Positions 9,810 through 20,194 of a DNA stretch of 64,000 nt are shown here, piece after piece; position 1 is the stretch's first letter, and each line of letters opens with the position of its first letter. Under the pieces are notes generated by a model. It saw only the letters and a list, made by a program, of their open reading frames with translations, was not told the DNA's origin and made no database searches. Where the stretch lies: positions 288,001-352,000 of the forward strand of contig CBDDCX010000007.1 of the NCBI GenBank assembly GCA_965226375.1. Reading direction: 5' to 3'. The stretch comes from Longimicrobiales bacterium (lineage in GTDB: Bacteria; Gemmatimonadota; Gemmatimonadetes; Longimicrobiales; Gaopeijiaceae). The position numbers and the translations under genes were made by a program.

Positions 9810-10468
9810 GCGGGCCACGCCTGCTGGATGTGCGATCGTCTTCCGTCGCCGATCTGGACCTGGCAACCATTCTCGAGCACCTACGCGGTGGTGGGCTCCT
9901 GGCGTACCCAACCGAGACCGTGTACGGCTTCGGGGGAGTTCCGAGTGAGAGCGTCGTCAGCAAACTCGCCGCACTCAAGGGCCGGAGTGCCGGGCAGCCG
10001 ATGCTGATGTTGATTCCCGACAAGGAGATCGTGAGCCACCTGACCTGGACGGCGGAGGCGGCTGAGCTGGCCGACGTATTCTGGCCGGGGTCGGTCACCC
10101 TGATCCTTTCGGATCCCGAGGACCGGTTCCCGCTCGGGATTCGAGGTGATTCGGGGGCCGTGGCAATCAGGGTGAGTCCGCACCCCGTGGTCAGTGCCGT
10201 GGTCGGAGGGCTCGGCGGGCCGATCGTATCCACCAGTGCGAACCGGCCGGGCGAGCCGCCCGCGCTCGATGCCCATCATGCTCTGGAATCGGCGGAGGCC
10301 ATGGGCGCGGGTGAGGAGCTCTGGGTTCTCGACGGCGGGACGCTTCCGGCGTCGCCTCCGTCCACGATCGTCGACTGTTCCGGAGCAGTGCCGATTGTCG
10401 TGCGCGAGGGGACCGTACCTCTGGGTAGAGTTCGTTGTGTCCTCCCCGAGATCGAGGCTTCGCCGTGA
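9806..10468 (+). CDS. tsaC: L-threonylcarbamoyladenylate synthase (Sua5/YrdC)
   Basis: AYPTETVYG, FWPG..T, STSAN and PSTIVD; GTG overlaps the ispD stop. Confidence 0.92.
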   Translation: MSGPRLLDVRSSSVADLDLATILEHLRGGGLLAYPTETVYGFGGVPSESVVSKLAALKGRSAGQPMLMLIPDKEIVSHLTWTAEAAELADVFWPGSVTLILSDPEDRFPLGIRGDSGAVAIRVSPHPVVSAVVGGLGGPIVSTSANRPGEPPALDAHHALESAEAMGAGEELWVLDGGTLPASPPSTIVDCSGAVPIVVREGTVPLGRVRCVLPEIEASP

Positions 10469-10992
10469 GTGAACTGGCCCGGCTCCGTCTTCTCTTCGTC
10501 TGCACGGGCAACACGTGTAGGAGTCCGATCGCGCACGTAATCGCCGCACGCGCGCTCGCGCGTGCCGGGTGGAACGAAGCGGAGACCCGATCAGCGGGAG
10601 TCTCCGCTCTGCCGGGGTCGATGGCCAGTGAGGGGGCGATCCGAGTTGCCGCGGAACAGGGACTCGATCTCCAGGGGCATCGGAGTAGCTCCTTGAACGA
10701 GGATCTGGTCGACTGGGCGGACCTCATTCTCACGATGGGCGTCCACCATCTCGTGGCGGTCGAGGAATACGGTGGTCAGGACAAGGCGGCGATGCTGTCG
10801 GCCTTTGCCGAGGGTCAGGAAAGCGGACAAGGTTGGGGGGTTCCCGATCCGTTTGCGGGTGACATTGAAGTGTACCGCGATAGCTTCCGCGTTCTGGAGA
10901 AATTGGTGGAGGCTGCGGTGGCACGGCTCACTCGCGACTCCGACGTGATCACACCACGCGGCTCAGACGCGGTCACAGGAAACGACACATGA
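10465..10992 (+). CDS. Low molecular weight protein phosphatase (YwlE/LMW-PTP-like)
   Basis: FVCTGNTCRSP P-loop and VPDPF motif. Confidence 0.92.
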   Translation: MSELARLRLLFVCTGNTCRSPIAHVIAARALARAGWNEAETRSAGVSALPGSMASEGAIRVAAEQGLDLQGHRSSSLNEDLVDWADLILTMGVHHLVAVEEYGGQDKAAMLSAFAEGQESGQGWGVPDPFAGDIEVYRDSFRVLEKLVEAAVARLTRDSDVITPRGSDAVTGNDT

Positions 10993-11840
10993 CGTCGCTC
11001 ACGTCGAGGACGCGGGTATTGGCACTTCTGGGTGATCCGGTCGAACACTCTCTGTCTCCGGTAATCCAGAACGCGGCGTTCAGAGAGGCCGGCGTGGACG
11101 GTGTCTACGTGGCCCTTCGGTGTGACGCCGCGGATCTGGTGGGTTTCATGCATGGCCTCGGGCGGGCCGGAGCTGGAGGGAACATCACTCTTCCGCACAA
11201 GGAGAAGGCCGCCTCCTTCCTGGACGAGCGGTCCGAGGCGGTCAGGAGGACCGGGGCGTGCAACACCTTCTGGGGGGACGGTGGGCGTGTGTGCGGCGAC
11301 AACACGGACGTCGAGGGATTTCGTCGGGCCCTGCGGCACTTTCTCGGGAGAGCGCCCAAGGGCTTTCGGGTGCTGTTACTCGGGGCGGGCGGTGCTGCGC
11401 GGGCGACCCTCGTAGCGCTTCTCGACGAGGGCGTTGAGGATGTGCTCCTTCTGAATCGCTCCACCGAGCGTGCCCGTGCGGTTGCCAGACGGATCGGGGG
11501 CGAACGCGTGCGAGTGGCCGAAGCTCCACGCGCCGTGGACGACGGAATCTTCGACCTGGTCGTGAACGCGACGAGACTCGGCCTCACGCCCGGCGACAAG
11601 CTCCCGATAGATTTAAGCCGCCTCGCGAGAGTCGGTGCCGTGATGGATCTGGTATACGGCCCGGCCGCCACCCCGTTCGTGGAGTCGGCCGAGCGCCTGG
11701 GGATTCGAGCGGTGGACGGTGGGGAGATGCTCGTGCAGCAGGGGGCCGTGGCCTTCGAGAGGTGGTGGGGGGACCCGGGCCCGGTGGACGCGATGAGGCG
11801 TGCGTTGGCTGTGTCCCGGATGAGCCACCAGCCGGGATGA
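10989..11840 (+). CDS. aroE: Shikimate dehydrogenase
   Basis: HSLSP, NITLPHK, GACNT, NTDVEG, GAGGAARA and DLVY. Confidence 0.95.
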   Translation: MTSLTSRTRVLALLGDPVEHSLSPVIQNAAFREAGVDGVYVALRCDAADLVGFMHGLGRAGAGGNITLPHKEKAASFLDERSEAVRRTGACNTFWGDGGRVCGDNTDVEGFRRALRHFLGRAPKGFRVLLLGAGGAARATLVALLDEGVEDVLLLNRSTERARAVARRIGGERVRVAEAPRAVDDGIFDLVVNATRLGLTPGDKLPIDLSRLARVGAVMDLVYGPAATPFVESAERLGIRAVDGGEMLVQQGAVAFERWWGDPGPVDAMRRALAVSRMSHQPG

Positions 11841-11871
11841 GGCCCCTGGCGGAAACGGGCGAATCGCCGGC

Positions 11872-12616
11872 ATGACTCACGCAGGTCTGGCCCGAGAGCT
11901 GTTGGACTTCTTCCTGCCGGCGGCCTGTTTGGGATGCGGTGATCACCTGCCTCTGGAGCGCGCCTCGGAGTTGGTGTGCGCGCGCTGCCGAACTCGACTC
12001 AAGGAGCCGGGCCTGGCCTCGGTGCAACCGCTGTGGTTTTCCTCTCGGATCGGGTGCAGTGCCTGCCGCGGTGTGCCTCTAGTGCGCAGACTGGTGTGCG
12101 GACTTGGGGGGTGCTCGCTCGGCAGTCGTGCTGCGGCCGCCGGCCGACGACTTGGTCCATGGCCTCAAGTACGGCGGTTGGGCCGAGCTCGCGGGACTCA
12201 TGGGCCGGTGGATGGTTCGCCGGAGCATACATCCCGAGCTGGCTTCCAGTGACTACGTGGTGGTGCCCGTTCCCACGACCAAGCAGCGCCTGCGTTCGAG
12301 GGGCTACAACCAGGCCCACCTGCTTGCCGCGGCGGTGTCCCATGGGGCGGGCCGACCCCTCCTCGAGGCCCTCGAACGGCGTCACGGAGGCCACACTCAG
12401 GTCGGGTTGCACCCGGCTCAGCGCCGGGCTAACGTCAAGAACGCCTTTGTAGCAAGCGAGGACACCATGATCGAGCTTTCCGGCGCTCGCGTGCTGCTCG
12501 TGGATGATGTCCTCACCACCGGCTCCACTGCGGCGGCGGCGGCCCGCGCGCTCGTTCAGGCAGGTGCCGCCGAGGTCTTTCTGTCGACCTTTGCACGGGC
12601 CTGTCCTTTTGTGTAA
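11872..12616 (+). pseudogene. comF: ComF family phosphoribosyltransferase-like gene, disrupted
   Basis: The N-terminal zinc-ribbon CxxC pairs are in one frame; RGYNQA and LLVDDVLTTGST are in the next. There is a +1 frameshift near 12008-12014 and an in-frame TAG at 12080-12082. Confidence 0.85.
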
Positions 12617-13675
<1,059 letters not shown>

Positions 13676-13677
13676 CG

Positions 13678-13929
13678 ATGGCCTCCGCATCTTTGCCCGG
13701 TTCACCGGACCGACAGGGGAGCAAGCCGGCTCGAGTCTCCGAGGCGTGGTTCTCGTACGCGTGTCCCGTGTGTGGGCACCGAGATGGTGCTTCCCTGGAC
13801 GTCGGTGCGACTCGCCAGGTGAATTGCGGGCACTGTGAAACCGTCCTGGAACTGAGCGCCGGGAGCTCCCGTCAGGAGAAGGCTGCAGCGCGGGTCGTGG
13901 TGGACGGAGGCGAGGGGGGAACTCACTGA
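13678..13929 (+). CDS. Small zinc-ribbon protein (83 aa)
   Basis: ATG 2 bp after the gap stop with a GGAGG RBS; CPVC-x17-CGHC. Confidence 0.6.
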   Translation: MASASLPGSPDRQGSKPARVSEAWFSYACPVCGHRDGASLDVGATRQVNCGHCETVLELSAGSSRQEKAAARVVVDGGEGGTH

Positions 13930-14020
13930 GGTGGAGTGGGGAACAAAGCCTTTTACGGCAGTGGCTTAACTATCGCCATCGGTGTGTAATGGTGGGGGGA
14001 AGGGACCGTATCTGCACACG

Positions 14021-14617
14021 ATGAAAACACTACAACAGCTTCAAGAGCGGGTCGACGTGTCGACCGCTGCACCAATAGCGCCTCAGACACCGGCGAAACC
14101 GTCACAGCTTCCGCTCGATTTTGGTGAGTGGTATACCGATCACCGGCCCACGGTGTATCGATACGTCCGCTTTCGGGTCGCGACCAGAGAGACGGCCGAA
14201 GACGTGACGTCTCAGGTCTTCATGAAGGCACTCCGGTCGATCCACCGCTACGATCCGAATCGCGCAGCGCCGCGCACGTGGCTCCTGCGCATCGCCCGGA
14301 ATGCGGTAACGGACCATCTCCGGTCCCTGAAGCGTCGCGGTTCTCTGCACGTCTCACTCGACCGCGTCCCCGATCTGGTGGCTCAGATACCGTCTCAGGA
14401 AGAGCGGGTGCTGAAGCAGGAGCGGATCCAGGCGCTGCTCAACGGAACGCAGACGCTGCGAGGAGCGGACCAGGAGATACTGTCACTCAGGTATGGAGCG
14501 GGCTTGGACAACAGTGAAATTGCGTCCTCGCTCGACATAAGCCCCAACGCTGTGGCCGTTCGGCTCCACAGAGCGCTGAAGCGCCTCAAGGAAGCCGTCG
14601 CGGACGAATGCGAGTAA
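14021..14617 (+). CDS. ECF RNA polymerase sigma factor
   Basis: Region 2 (AEDVTSQVF, TWLLRIARN) and region 4 (EIASSLDISPNAVAVRLHRALKRL). Confidence 0.93.
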   Translation: MKTLQQLQERVDVSTAAPIAPQTPAKPSQLPLDFGEWYTDHRPTVYRYVRFRVATRETAEDVTSQVFMKALRSIHRYDPNRAAPRTWLLRIARNAVTDHLRSLKRRGSLHVSLDRVPDLVAQIPSQEERVLKQERIQALLNGTQTLRGADQEILSLRYGAGLDNSEIASSLDISPNAVAVRLHRALKRLKEAVADECE

Positions 14618-14638
14618 TACGAGAAGGATTGGACATAG

Positions 14639-17452
14639 ATGACTGACCGACCTAACGATCTATCCGGACTGCCGCTGCCGCCTGAATTGGCGGAGCTCGA
14701 CGCGGAGCTGAAGTCGATTCTGATCGACGAACGGCCCTCGTTCGGCCCCGAATTGCAGGCGGAGCTGGAGAACGTGTGGGTCAGCCCCGCTCCGAGTTCC
14801 GGCTTCCGTGTTCGCCATGCGATGGCTGCGGCCATCGGAGCTTTGCTGCTGGTGAGTGTGGCCGCACCTCAGGCCCGAGCCGGTCTGGCTCGGCTCCTGC
14901 CCTGGAATCAGCCTTCCGAGCCGGAGCCCGTCTTGGAGCAGCCGGTGACCCAGCCGGATGTGACCCTACCTGAGCCGGGACCCGTCACGCTGGCGAACGA
15001 TAATGTGGTCGAGCCCGCGGTCGCGCCGCGCGTGCCGGAGCCCGGTGAAGAGATCGTCCTGGACCTCCCGGACAATACCTATCCGGAGCTGCTCGACAGG
15101 GCCCGTGCGGAAAGGATGATCCGGAACCAGTATCCGATCCAGCTGCAGGAGGCTGGCATCGGCGGTTTGGTAACGCTCCGCCTATGGGTGGGATTGGACG
15201 GGAGCGTAGACCAGGTGCAGATCCAGCGGGGATCCGGTGTGTCCGCGTTCGACAGGGTCGCCCTCGATATGGCTCCTAGCCTCCGCTTCAAGCCGGCCCG
15301 GCGCTTTGGGGTGCCCGTGGGCACGTGGGTCAACTTCGACCTGGCCTTCGAGCCGTTCGAGGACAGCCCCGCTCCGCAGCCCCCTTCGCCGATCGCGACG
15401 CCTGCCCCGCCGGAGAACCTCGGCTACGTGTTCTCCGAGGAAGCGTTGTCAGGAGAGTACCTGACGCCGCCGCCCACGCTGTTCGAAGGGCAGGAGCTGC
15501 TCAGAGAGGCACTGGGAGATAGGATCGTGAAGGGGGGTCCGCTCGAAAATCTGGCGGCTCTTCTAGAGGGCGATCCGCCGGTGGGCTTCGGCCTCACACA
15601 ATGGCGGAGTGAGGCCGGAGCGGCGTTGGAAGATGCCCTGCGCTCGGCGCCCCTGAACCCGGCCCCGGCTCTCGCTTTGGCTCGCATCAGAAGAAAGCAG
15701 GGTCTCCGGGATGAGGCACGACGCCTCTACGCCGACGGAATCTGGCGTGCCGAGGCGAACCGAGACGCGGTGTCTCCCGCGTTCCGGGCCGAGCTCTACT
15801 ACGAGCAGGGTATGATCATTCAGGAGCAGTGGCTGGCGTGGGAGCATCTGGGACGTATTGCCACGTCGGACTTGAAGAGAATCGAGTGCAGAGTCACATC
15901 CGGCCACGCGGACAGTCGTTACGCGACGGCAGAGCCCCTCATGGGACTGAACAACCTGTGTCCGACCGAATTCCGTGAGGTGATGGATCAGGGGTTCCAG
16001 TCGACACGTCCAGCGAAGGGGGAGAGCCGGGCAGACATGATCCGGTCACTCTCTGCGGCGGTGGAGGCTGTGCCGAGTCATCCCGGAGCCAACGTCGAGA
16101 TTCTCCTGGATTTCGCCGATCAGGGCCGCTGGGGAGACCTACTGAAGGAATCTCAGAAGTTCATCTGGGAGTCCCGCGGCCACCCTCACGGGATACTGCT
16201 CTCAGGGGTCGCGCTTCAGCGCCTCGGGTATCCCGAAGAGGCGATGGAGCGGTTCCGAGTGGCGCTCGACGCGCTCCCGTCGGTCGAAGCGCAGCGCCTC
16301 AGAGATATCGGCGTGCTGCTGCCGGCTGTCCGGGTGGGCGCTTATGCGGCAATGAGCGATGTCCAGCGTCTCGAAACGGAGAGCGCGTTTTGGAGCACGC
16401 GTGACCCGATCCTTACCACCGAGGTGAACGAGCGTTTGGCCGAGCACTTCGCGAGGGCCGCGTATGCGACGCTCCGGTTTGGAGATCTGGACTCCGAGGC
16501 TGCCGAGGTATTGCTCCGATACGGAGTTCCCGCCACCGTGCGAACGGTCGGCGAGGGTACCGGTCTCAGGACCGTATTCTGGGACTACGGCGGCGGCTCG
16601 AACGTGACGTTCCGTCGCTCCGCCACGTCCAGGCATATGGACCTGACGCCCGAGAGCGCCGCGTATCTCCGGAGCCTGAAGGACCTCTTCCCGCACCGCT
16701 ACGGCAGTGTAGCTCTTCGAGAGGTTCGTGATCTGCCTGGGCTGGTGAGCCAGTTCCGGATGGCCCGAGGAGGGCTGGAGATCGAGGTTCACTCGGAGGT
16801 GCCCGAGAAGATGTTTGGGGGCCCAAGCGATTCACTGCATGTGTCGATCTATCTTCTCGGAGAGAACGAGCAGGTGGTCAGCTCATCCAGGCAGCGGGTT
16901 GCCGCGGCGCGCGGAGACCTCGACTTGAGGACCTGGGCGGGACCTGAGGTCCGACAGGTCGTGCTAGAGATCTATGATGACCGGCTCGGCTTTTTGGCGG
17001 CTCTGCGTGAGCCGGTGGATTTCGAGACGTCTGTCGGCGAGGATCCACGGATCTCGGATCTGCTCTTCGTCGAGGCCGCGAACCCCGAGCCCTCGGAAGT
17101 TCGGCGCACTGCCGCTTGGGTGTCGGCCCTGACCGAGGAGGTCAGTGACAACGCCACGCTCGGTGTGATTTTCGAGCTGTACGACCTTCCCGATGTGGAG
17201 TCCACCTACAGCTTGCAGGCCCATTTGGAGGCCACCGACGGCTCGCGAATCCCGCTCTACATTTGTCCGTCCGGAGCGCACGAGTTCCGCACGACGTGGA
17301 GACGAAAGGGTGATGCGACGGTCGGGGTTGCCGACTATGTGACACTGGACCTGACCGAAGTGGTGCCCGGGGACTACACCCTGGAGATCGTGGCCACGCT
17401 GCCGCGTGCGCTGGAGCCGGTGCGGTCGAGGCGGAGTTTGACCATTCGGTAG
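14639..17452 (+). CDS. Multidomain membrane-anchored protein: anti-sigma-like N-terminus, TM, TonB C-terminal domain, TPR-like region, GWxTD-like domain
   Basis: TM at ~aa 60-80 and a Pro-rich linker; TonB-C pattern YP..LQEAGIGG.V.L...V..DG.V......SG...FD..A......RFKPA; GWxTD-domain pattern FWSTRDP..TTEVNE...EH.AR..YA...F...LLRYG.P. Confidence 0.7.
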   Translation: MTDRPNDLSGLPLPPELAELDAELKSILIDERPSFGPELQAELENVWVSPAPSSGFRVRHAMAAAIGALLLVSVAAPQARAGLARLLPWNQPSEPEPVLEQPVTQPDVTLPEPGPVTLANDNVVEPAVAPRVPEPGEEIVLDLPDNTYPELLDRARAERMIRNQYPIQLQEAGIGGLVTLRLWVGLDGSVDQVQIQRGSGVSAFDRVALDMAPSLRFKPARRFGVPVGTWVNFDLAFEPFEDSPAPQPPSPIATPAPPENLGYVFSEEALSGEYLTPPPTLFEGQELLREALGDRIVKGGPLENLAALLEGDPPVGFGLTQWRSEAGAALEDALRSAPLNPAPALALARIRRKQGLRDEARRLYADGIWRAEANRDAVSPAFRAELYYEQGMIIQEQWLAWEHLGRIATSDLKRIECRVTSGHADSRYATAEPLMGLNNLCPTEFREVMDQGFQSTRPAKGESRADMIRSLSAAVEAVPSHPGANVEILLDFADQGRWGDLLKESQKFIWESRGHPHGILLSGVALQRLGYPEEAMERFRVALDALPSVEAQRLRDIGVLLPAVRVGAYAAMSDVQRLETESAFWSTRDPILTTEVNERLAEHFARAAYATLRFGDLDSEAAEVLLRYGVPATVRTVGEGTGLRTVFWDYGGGSNVTFRRSATSRHMDLTPESAAYLRSLKDLFPHRYGSVALREVRDLPGLVSQFRMARGGLEIEVHSEVPEKMFGGPSDSLHVSIYLLGENEQVVSSSRQRVAAARGDLDLRTWAGPEVRQVVLEIYDDRLGFLAALREPVDFETSVGEDPRISDLLFVEAANPEPSEVRRTAAWVSALTEEVSDNATLGVIFELYDLPDVESTYSLQAHLEATDGSRIPLYICPSGAHEFRTTWRRKGDATVGVADYVTLDLTEVVPGDYTLEIVATLPRALEPVRSRRSLTIR

Positions 17453-17547
17453 CCCCCGGATGAAGAGCCGGCGGAGAGGAATCGACCTCTGTAACCCCCT
17501 CGGGAGCGATTGTGGCTCCCGGGGGGGTTCTGTATTTTCCGACCCTG

Positions 17548-18759
17548 ATGGCCAAGAAAACTCTCCAAGACCTGTCTCCTGAATCGCTCGCGGGCCGGCT
17601 CGTGATCGTTCGCGTGGACTACAATGTACCGTTGGACGAAGGTGGTGGGGTCACCGATCGGACTCGTCTCGACCGGACGCTTCCGACGCTCCGCCACCTT
17701 GTCGGCCACGGGGCCGGGGTCGTGCTCCTCTCGCACCTCGGACGCCCCAAGGGAGAACCGGTGGCGGCCCTATCTCTTAGGGGAGTCGCGACCGAGCTGC
17801 AGGTGCTGCTCGGGAGCCCCGTCGACTTTTCTCCGGCGACCACCGGTTCCGAGGCACGGAAAGCGGTGGAGAGCGTGGAGGACGGAGGGGTCTTGTTACT
17901 CGAGAACACACGTTTCCACGCAGAAGATACCGCGAACGATGCAGCCTGGGCTGAAGAACTGCGCCACGGTGCCACTCTGTTCGTCAACGACGCATTCGGC
18001 AGTGCCCACAGAGCACACGCGTCCACCACGGGTGTGGCCGACGCCGTTCGTAATACCGGGGGCGAGGCGGTAGCGGGTTACCTGATGGAGAACGAGCTCC
18101 GCTTCCTTGGCGACGCCCTCGTCGAGCCGAAGCGTCCTTTCGTGGCCATGATCGGCGGTGCCAAAATCTCGGGGAAGATCGACGTTATCGAGGCGCTGCT
18201 TCCGGCCGTGGATCGACTCCTCATCGGTGGGGCGATGGCCAATACCTTCTTCCTGGCCCTTGGTCTCGAAGTCGGCCAGTCTCTCGTGGAGCCGGATCGG
18301 GTCGACGTCGCCCGTGATCTCATGGCCCGGGCCGGGGACAAGATGCGACTCCCCGTGGATGTCGTCGCTGCGCCGGAGCTGATAGCGGGGGCCGTGACAC
18401 GGGAGCTCCCTCGTAGCGATGTGGGCTCGGCGGAGCGGATCGGTGACATCGGCCCCGCATCGATCCGGCTCTTCGCGGATGAAGTGACCGGAGCGGGGAC
18501 GGTGGTCTGGAACGGACCCATGGGCATGTTTGAGGTAGACGAGTTCGGGAGGGGGACGGTCGAGTTGGCTCAGGTGGCCGCGCGTGCGGCCGACGGCGGG
18601 ACTACGGTAATTCTGGGTGGAGGTGACTCGGCCGCGGCAGCGGAAGCGGCCGGCGTCGCGTCGCTCATGACGCATGTGTCCACGGGGGGCGGAGCCGCCC
18701 TCGAGTTCTTGTCCGGCGCGGAGTTACCCGGCGTCGAAGCGTTGTCCGATCGTACGTAA
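17548..18759 (+). CDS. pgk: Phosphoglycerate kinase
   Basis: RVDYNVP, SHLGRP, LLENTRF, NDAFG.AHRAHAS and HVSTGGGA. Confidence 0.97.
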   Translation: MAKKTLQDLSPESLAGRLVIVRVDYNVPLDEGGGVTDRTRLDRTLPTLRHLVGHGAGVVLLSHLGRPKGEPVAALSLRGVATELQVLLGSPVDFSPATTGSEARKAVESVEDGGVLLLENTRFHAEDTANDAAWAEELRHGATLFVNDAFGSAHRAHASTTGVADAVRNTGGEAVAGYLMENELRFLGDALVEPKRPFVAMIGGAKISGKIDVIEALLPAVDRLLIGGAMANTFFLALGLEVGQSLVEPDRVDVARDLMARAGDKMRLPVDVVAAPELIAGAVTRELPRSDVGSAERIGDIGPASIRLFADEVTGAGTVVWNGPMGMFEVDEFGRGTVELAQVAARAADGGTTVILGGGDSAAAAEAAGVASLMTHVSTGGGAALEFLSGAELPGVEALSDRT

Positions 18760-18778
18760 CGAAACCAAGGGAAGACCA

Positions 18779-19528
18779 GTGAGACCAACGGTGATTGCAG
18801 GTAACTGGAAGATGCATCAGGGCCCCTCGGCCACGCGGGAGTTCTTCCATGACTTCTCGCCCGCGCTTTCGGACCCGCAGCCGATGATCCTGATCTTCCC
18901 CCCTGCCGTGTCTCTCTCGGCCGCCGCGGAAGCCCGTAGGGGCCGGCCTGCGGTGGCCCTGGGCATCCAAAATATCCATTGGGAGCCTAGGGGGGCCTAC
19001 ACGGGCGAGCACTCGGCCGGAATGGCTTTGGCAGCCGGGGCGCGATACGCGCTCGTGGGTCACTCCGAGCGCCGACACGTCTTCGGCGAGACGGACGACG
19101 AGGTCGGGCGAAAAGTCGCCGCAGCGCTCGGTGAGGGCCTCACTCCGGTGATATGTGTCGGAGAGACGCTGGAGGAGCGACAGGCCGGCCGGGTCGGCGA
19201 GGTCATCGTTCGCCAGCTGGATGCCGCCCTGCAAGATCTTCCCGAGGGTACACCGCGCTTCTTCTTGGCCTATGAGCCCGTGTGGGCCATCGGTACGGGC
19301 GAGACCGCTACTCCGGCCGATGCCGCCACCGCTCACGGGACCCTGCGCAGCCGATTGAATGAGGTGTTCGGTCCGGATGGAGCGGCAGGAGTGCCGATCC
19401 TCTATGGGGGCAGCGTGAAGCCCTCCAATGTTGCTGAACTGCTGGCGGCCTCGGACGTGGACGGAGTCTTGGTGGGGGGTGCCAGCCTCGACGCGACATC
19501 GTTCGCTGCCATTGCCGAAGCTGGCTGA
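18779..19528 (+). CDS. tpiA: Triosephosphate isomerase
   Basis: AGNWKM, GHSERR, AYEPVWAIGTG and LYGGSV. Confidence 0.97.
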   Translation: MRPTVIAGNWKMHQGPSATREFFHDFSPALSDPQPMILIFPPAVSLSAAAEARRGRPAVALGIQNIHWEPRGAYTGEHSAGMALAAGARYALVGHSERRHVFGETDDEVGRKVAAALGEGLTPVICVGETLEERQAGRVGEVIVRQLDAALQDLPEGTPRFFLAYEPVWAIGTGETATPADAATAHGTLRSRLNEVFGPDGAAGVPILYGGSVKPSNVAELLAASDVDGVLVGGASLDATSFAAIAEAG

Positions 19529-19609
19529 TTGCAAGGGTTTTCGGGTTGACACTCGGGGGCTTCACGGCGACGTTTATCCGCTGTTCTGCACCCTCTCAGC
19601 TAGACGATT

Positions 19610-19993
19610 ATGTTCGGTTTACTGCTTGCGATTCTGATACTCGACGGGATTCTTCTCGGCGTCGTGGTCCTGCTCCAATCGGGAAAGGGCGGCGGTCTCG
19701 CTGCGATGGGCGGTGGCGCCGCTGCGACGGACGGAATCCTTGGTGGCCGACAGGCCACGACCGTGCTGACCCGAGCCACGTGGACTACAGGTTCGGTCTT
19801 CATGCTGTTGGCTCTCGTGCTGTCCATCCTGTCGTCGCGGGTGCAGCAGCCGCAGTCGATTCTCCGTCAGGATGCTCAGCCGACGGTGCCTGCGGCGCAG
19901 CCGATCCTACCCATGCTCGATCAGGTGGGGGAATCGGCGGCCGAACCAGGCGAGGCCAGCGATCCGGCGGCGAACGACGGCAGCAACAACTGA
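19610..19993 (+). CDS. secG: Preprotein translocase subunit SecG
   Basis: VLLQSGKGGGL, two TM helices, and position after tpiA. Confidence 0.92.
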   Translation: MFGLLLAILILDGILLGVVVLLQSGKGGGLAAMGGGAAATDGILGGRQATTVLTRATWTTGSVFMLLALVLSILSSRVQQPQSILRQDAQPTVPAAQPILPMLDQVGESAAEPGEASDPAANDGSNN

Positions 19994-20053
19994 CCCAGCC
20001 CGGTCTTGCGACCGACTCTGGCAGGCCGGCGGGTCCAACGACTCGCATATTGA

Positions 20054-20194
20054 ATGTCCTCATCTGAGCCCTCCGACGACGGCTTGGTAGCCGATCTCAG
20101 CCGCCCCGATATCTCCGGTGCCCTCGTCCTGACGCGCTTTGCTGAAGAGCGCCTAAACGTCCTCGCCGAAGAGCCGACGGCGGTACGGACGTGA
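20054..20194 (+). pseudogene. Probable remnant of a 2-oxoacid dehydrogenase E1 alpha gene (46 aa)
   Basis: The ORF MSSSEPSDDGLVADLSRPDISGALVLTRFAEERLNVLAEEPTAVRT contains LTRxxEERL, typical of E1-alpha N-termini. Its stop overlaps the E1-beta GTG (GTGA). Confidence 0.55.

Noticed and set aside
12080..12082. Pyrrolysine or readthrough at the comF TAG
   Set aside because: A nearby frameshift also breaks the gene, so decay or error is simpler.
19994..20190. tRNA gene after secG
   Set aside because: No cloverleaf, TTC-loop arm or CCA end was found.
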